Shown here piece after piece: positions 63,171 through 64,000 of a stretch of 64,000 bases of DNA. Below the pieces are notes generated by a model. It did not search any database. It was not told where the DNA came from and saw nothing but the letters and a program-made list of their open reading frames with translations. The DNA lies in the NCBI GenBank assembly GCA_964435785.1, contig CAYTAH010000002.1, positions 11,438 through 75,437 of the forward strand, read 5' to 3'. The position numbers were made by a program, and so were the translations under genes. The DNA comes from an uncultured Phycisphaeraceae bacterium (GTDB lineage: Bacteria > Planctomycetota > Phycisphaerae > Phycisphaerales > UBA1924). The first letter of the stretch is position 1. Every line of letters starts with the position of its first letter.

Positions 63171-63827
63171 TCAGCGCCGTCGGCGGCCCATCAGCCCCGC
63201 GAGCGCCAGCACCGAGAGCGACGCGGGCGCGGGGATCGCCGTGTACAGATCGTCGATGCCCCACGAATCGGTGGATGTGTTCGACCCGATCACCGCCCGC
63301 GTGATGAGCACGTCGGACACCACGCCGAAGAACGAGTCCGGCAGCGTCTTCGGGGCCGCGGAGCTGAACGAGCCGATCAGCCCCGATGCGCCGTAGATCG
63401 TGATGTTGAACGTGTCCAGCGGCGCCCCGTCGGCGACATAAAACCCGACCGCCTGGCTCGCGGTGCCGAAGACGAACTCGATCGTGCCGGTCGCGAAGAA
63501 CGGGCTCGCCAGATCGTTGCTCAGGAAGTTCGCGCCGCTGGGCAGCGTGCCCGGCGTGAACATGCCGAAGGGCAGGTCCGCCTCCGCCGTCACGTTCACG
63601 TCGACGGCGACGCCGGTGCGATCGGTGCCGACGACCGCGCTGATCCCGCTCGCCGGGAGGCTCGTAATCGTGGTCCCCGACCCGAACCCCTCGAAGTTCT
63701 CCAGAGTCGGCCCGAACGTCATGTCCGGGTCCGCCAGGAACGACGCCAGATCCTCGTGCGACTGGATGTCGGCCTGCGCCACGCCGGCCCCGAGCGCGAC
63801 CACGAGCAAGCACGTGTACCTCGACAT
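63171..63827 (-). CDS. PEP-CTERM sorting domain secreted protein
   Basis: Signal peptide 'MSRYTCLLVVALGAGVAQA'. C-terminal 'IPAPASLSVLALAGLMGRRRR'. AAGGAG RBS. Confidence 0.75.
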   Translation of the reverse strand: MSRYTCLLVVALGAGVAQADIQSHEDLASFLADPDMTFGPTLENFEGFGSGTTITSLPASGISAVVGTDRTGVAVDVNVTAEADLPFGMFTPGTLPSGANFLSNDLASPFFATGTIEFVFGTASQAVGFYVADGAPLDTFNITIYGASGLIGSFSSAAPKTLPDSFFGVVSDVLITRAVIGSNTSTDSWGIDDLYTAIPAPASLSVLALAGLMGRRRR

Positions 63828-64000
63828 GTCTCTCTCTCCTTCAGCCCCGAGGGCGGGGCGACTCTCTCCGGGCCACCCCCGTGTGGCCACCAGGTCCGAG
63901 AATACCAGGTGCCGCCCCAGCGCTCAACCCCTTGTGTCCCCCGGGCGCGGCGGGCGCTTCAGTCCCGGAGCCCCGCCCGGAGAGTCACCCGCGCCCGGGC

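Overview
This is a high-GC (about 70%) bacterial chromosomal segment. I call about 55 CDS and one tRNA-Leu(CAG). I saw no rRNA, CRISPR array, transposase or integrase. Several traits point to Planctomycetota, probably Phycisphaerae-like (inference only): PEP-CTERM tails, dockerin-like modules ending in '..AGC', prepilin-type N-termini on non-pilus proteins, and a 'LEPRVLLA' N-terminal motif on a giant protease. Recognisable blocks, in order: (1) a histidine kinase and a kynA-kynU kynurenine pair; (2) queG and assorted secreted or membrane proteins; (3) a minus-strand leucine/branched-chain catabolic region containing BCKDH E1alpha/E1beta/E2, a long acyl-CoA dehydrogenase, three crotonases and HMG-CoA lyase, interrupted by a 1826-aa subtilisin-like protease, with the MCC carboxyltransferase subunit about 11 kb further on; (4) a SulP permease; (5) an accessory patch holding a charge-free Trp/Asn-rich protein, an STN-like secreted protein coupled to a LuxR regulator, a beta-propeller with a dockerin-like tail, and a prepilin-type protein; (6) a PAC2-like protein and a GH43 enzyme, and an MntA/HepT toxin-antitoxin pair chained by overlapping codons between a TPR gene and that GH43 gene; (7) recA, tRNA-Leu, an RNase HII-like gene, ribD, ygfZ and an M42 peptidase; (8) a pilus/T2SS-like cluster with an HTH-REC regulator, a HEAT protein, three pseudopilins, a secretin with a long extension and a TPR lipoprotein. 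The most unusual items are the Trp/Asn-rich uncharged protein, an in-frame palindromic octamer-repeat insertion inside the MCC beta gene, two tiny RBS-bearing ORFs interleaved in the BCKDH operon, and the extended secretin. All family assignments rest on motifs read by eye from the translations. No database search was run.
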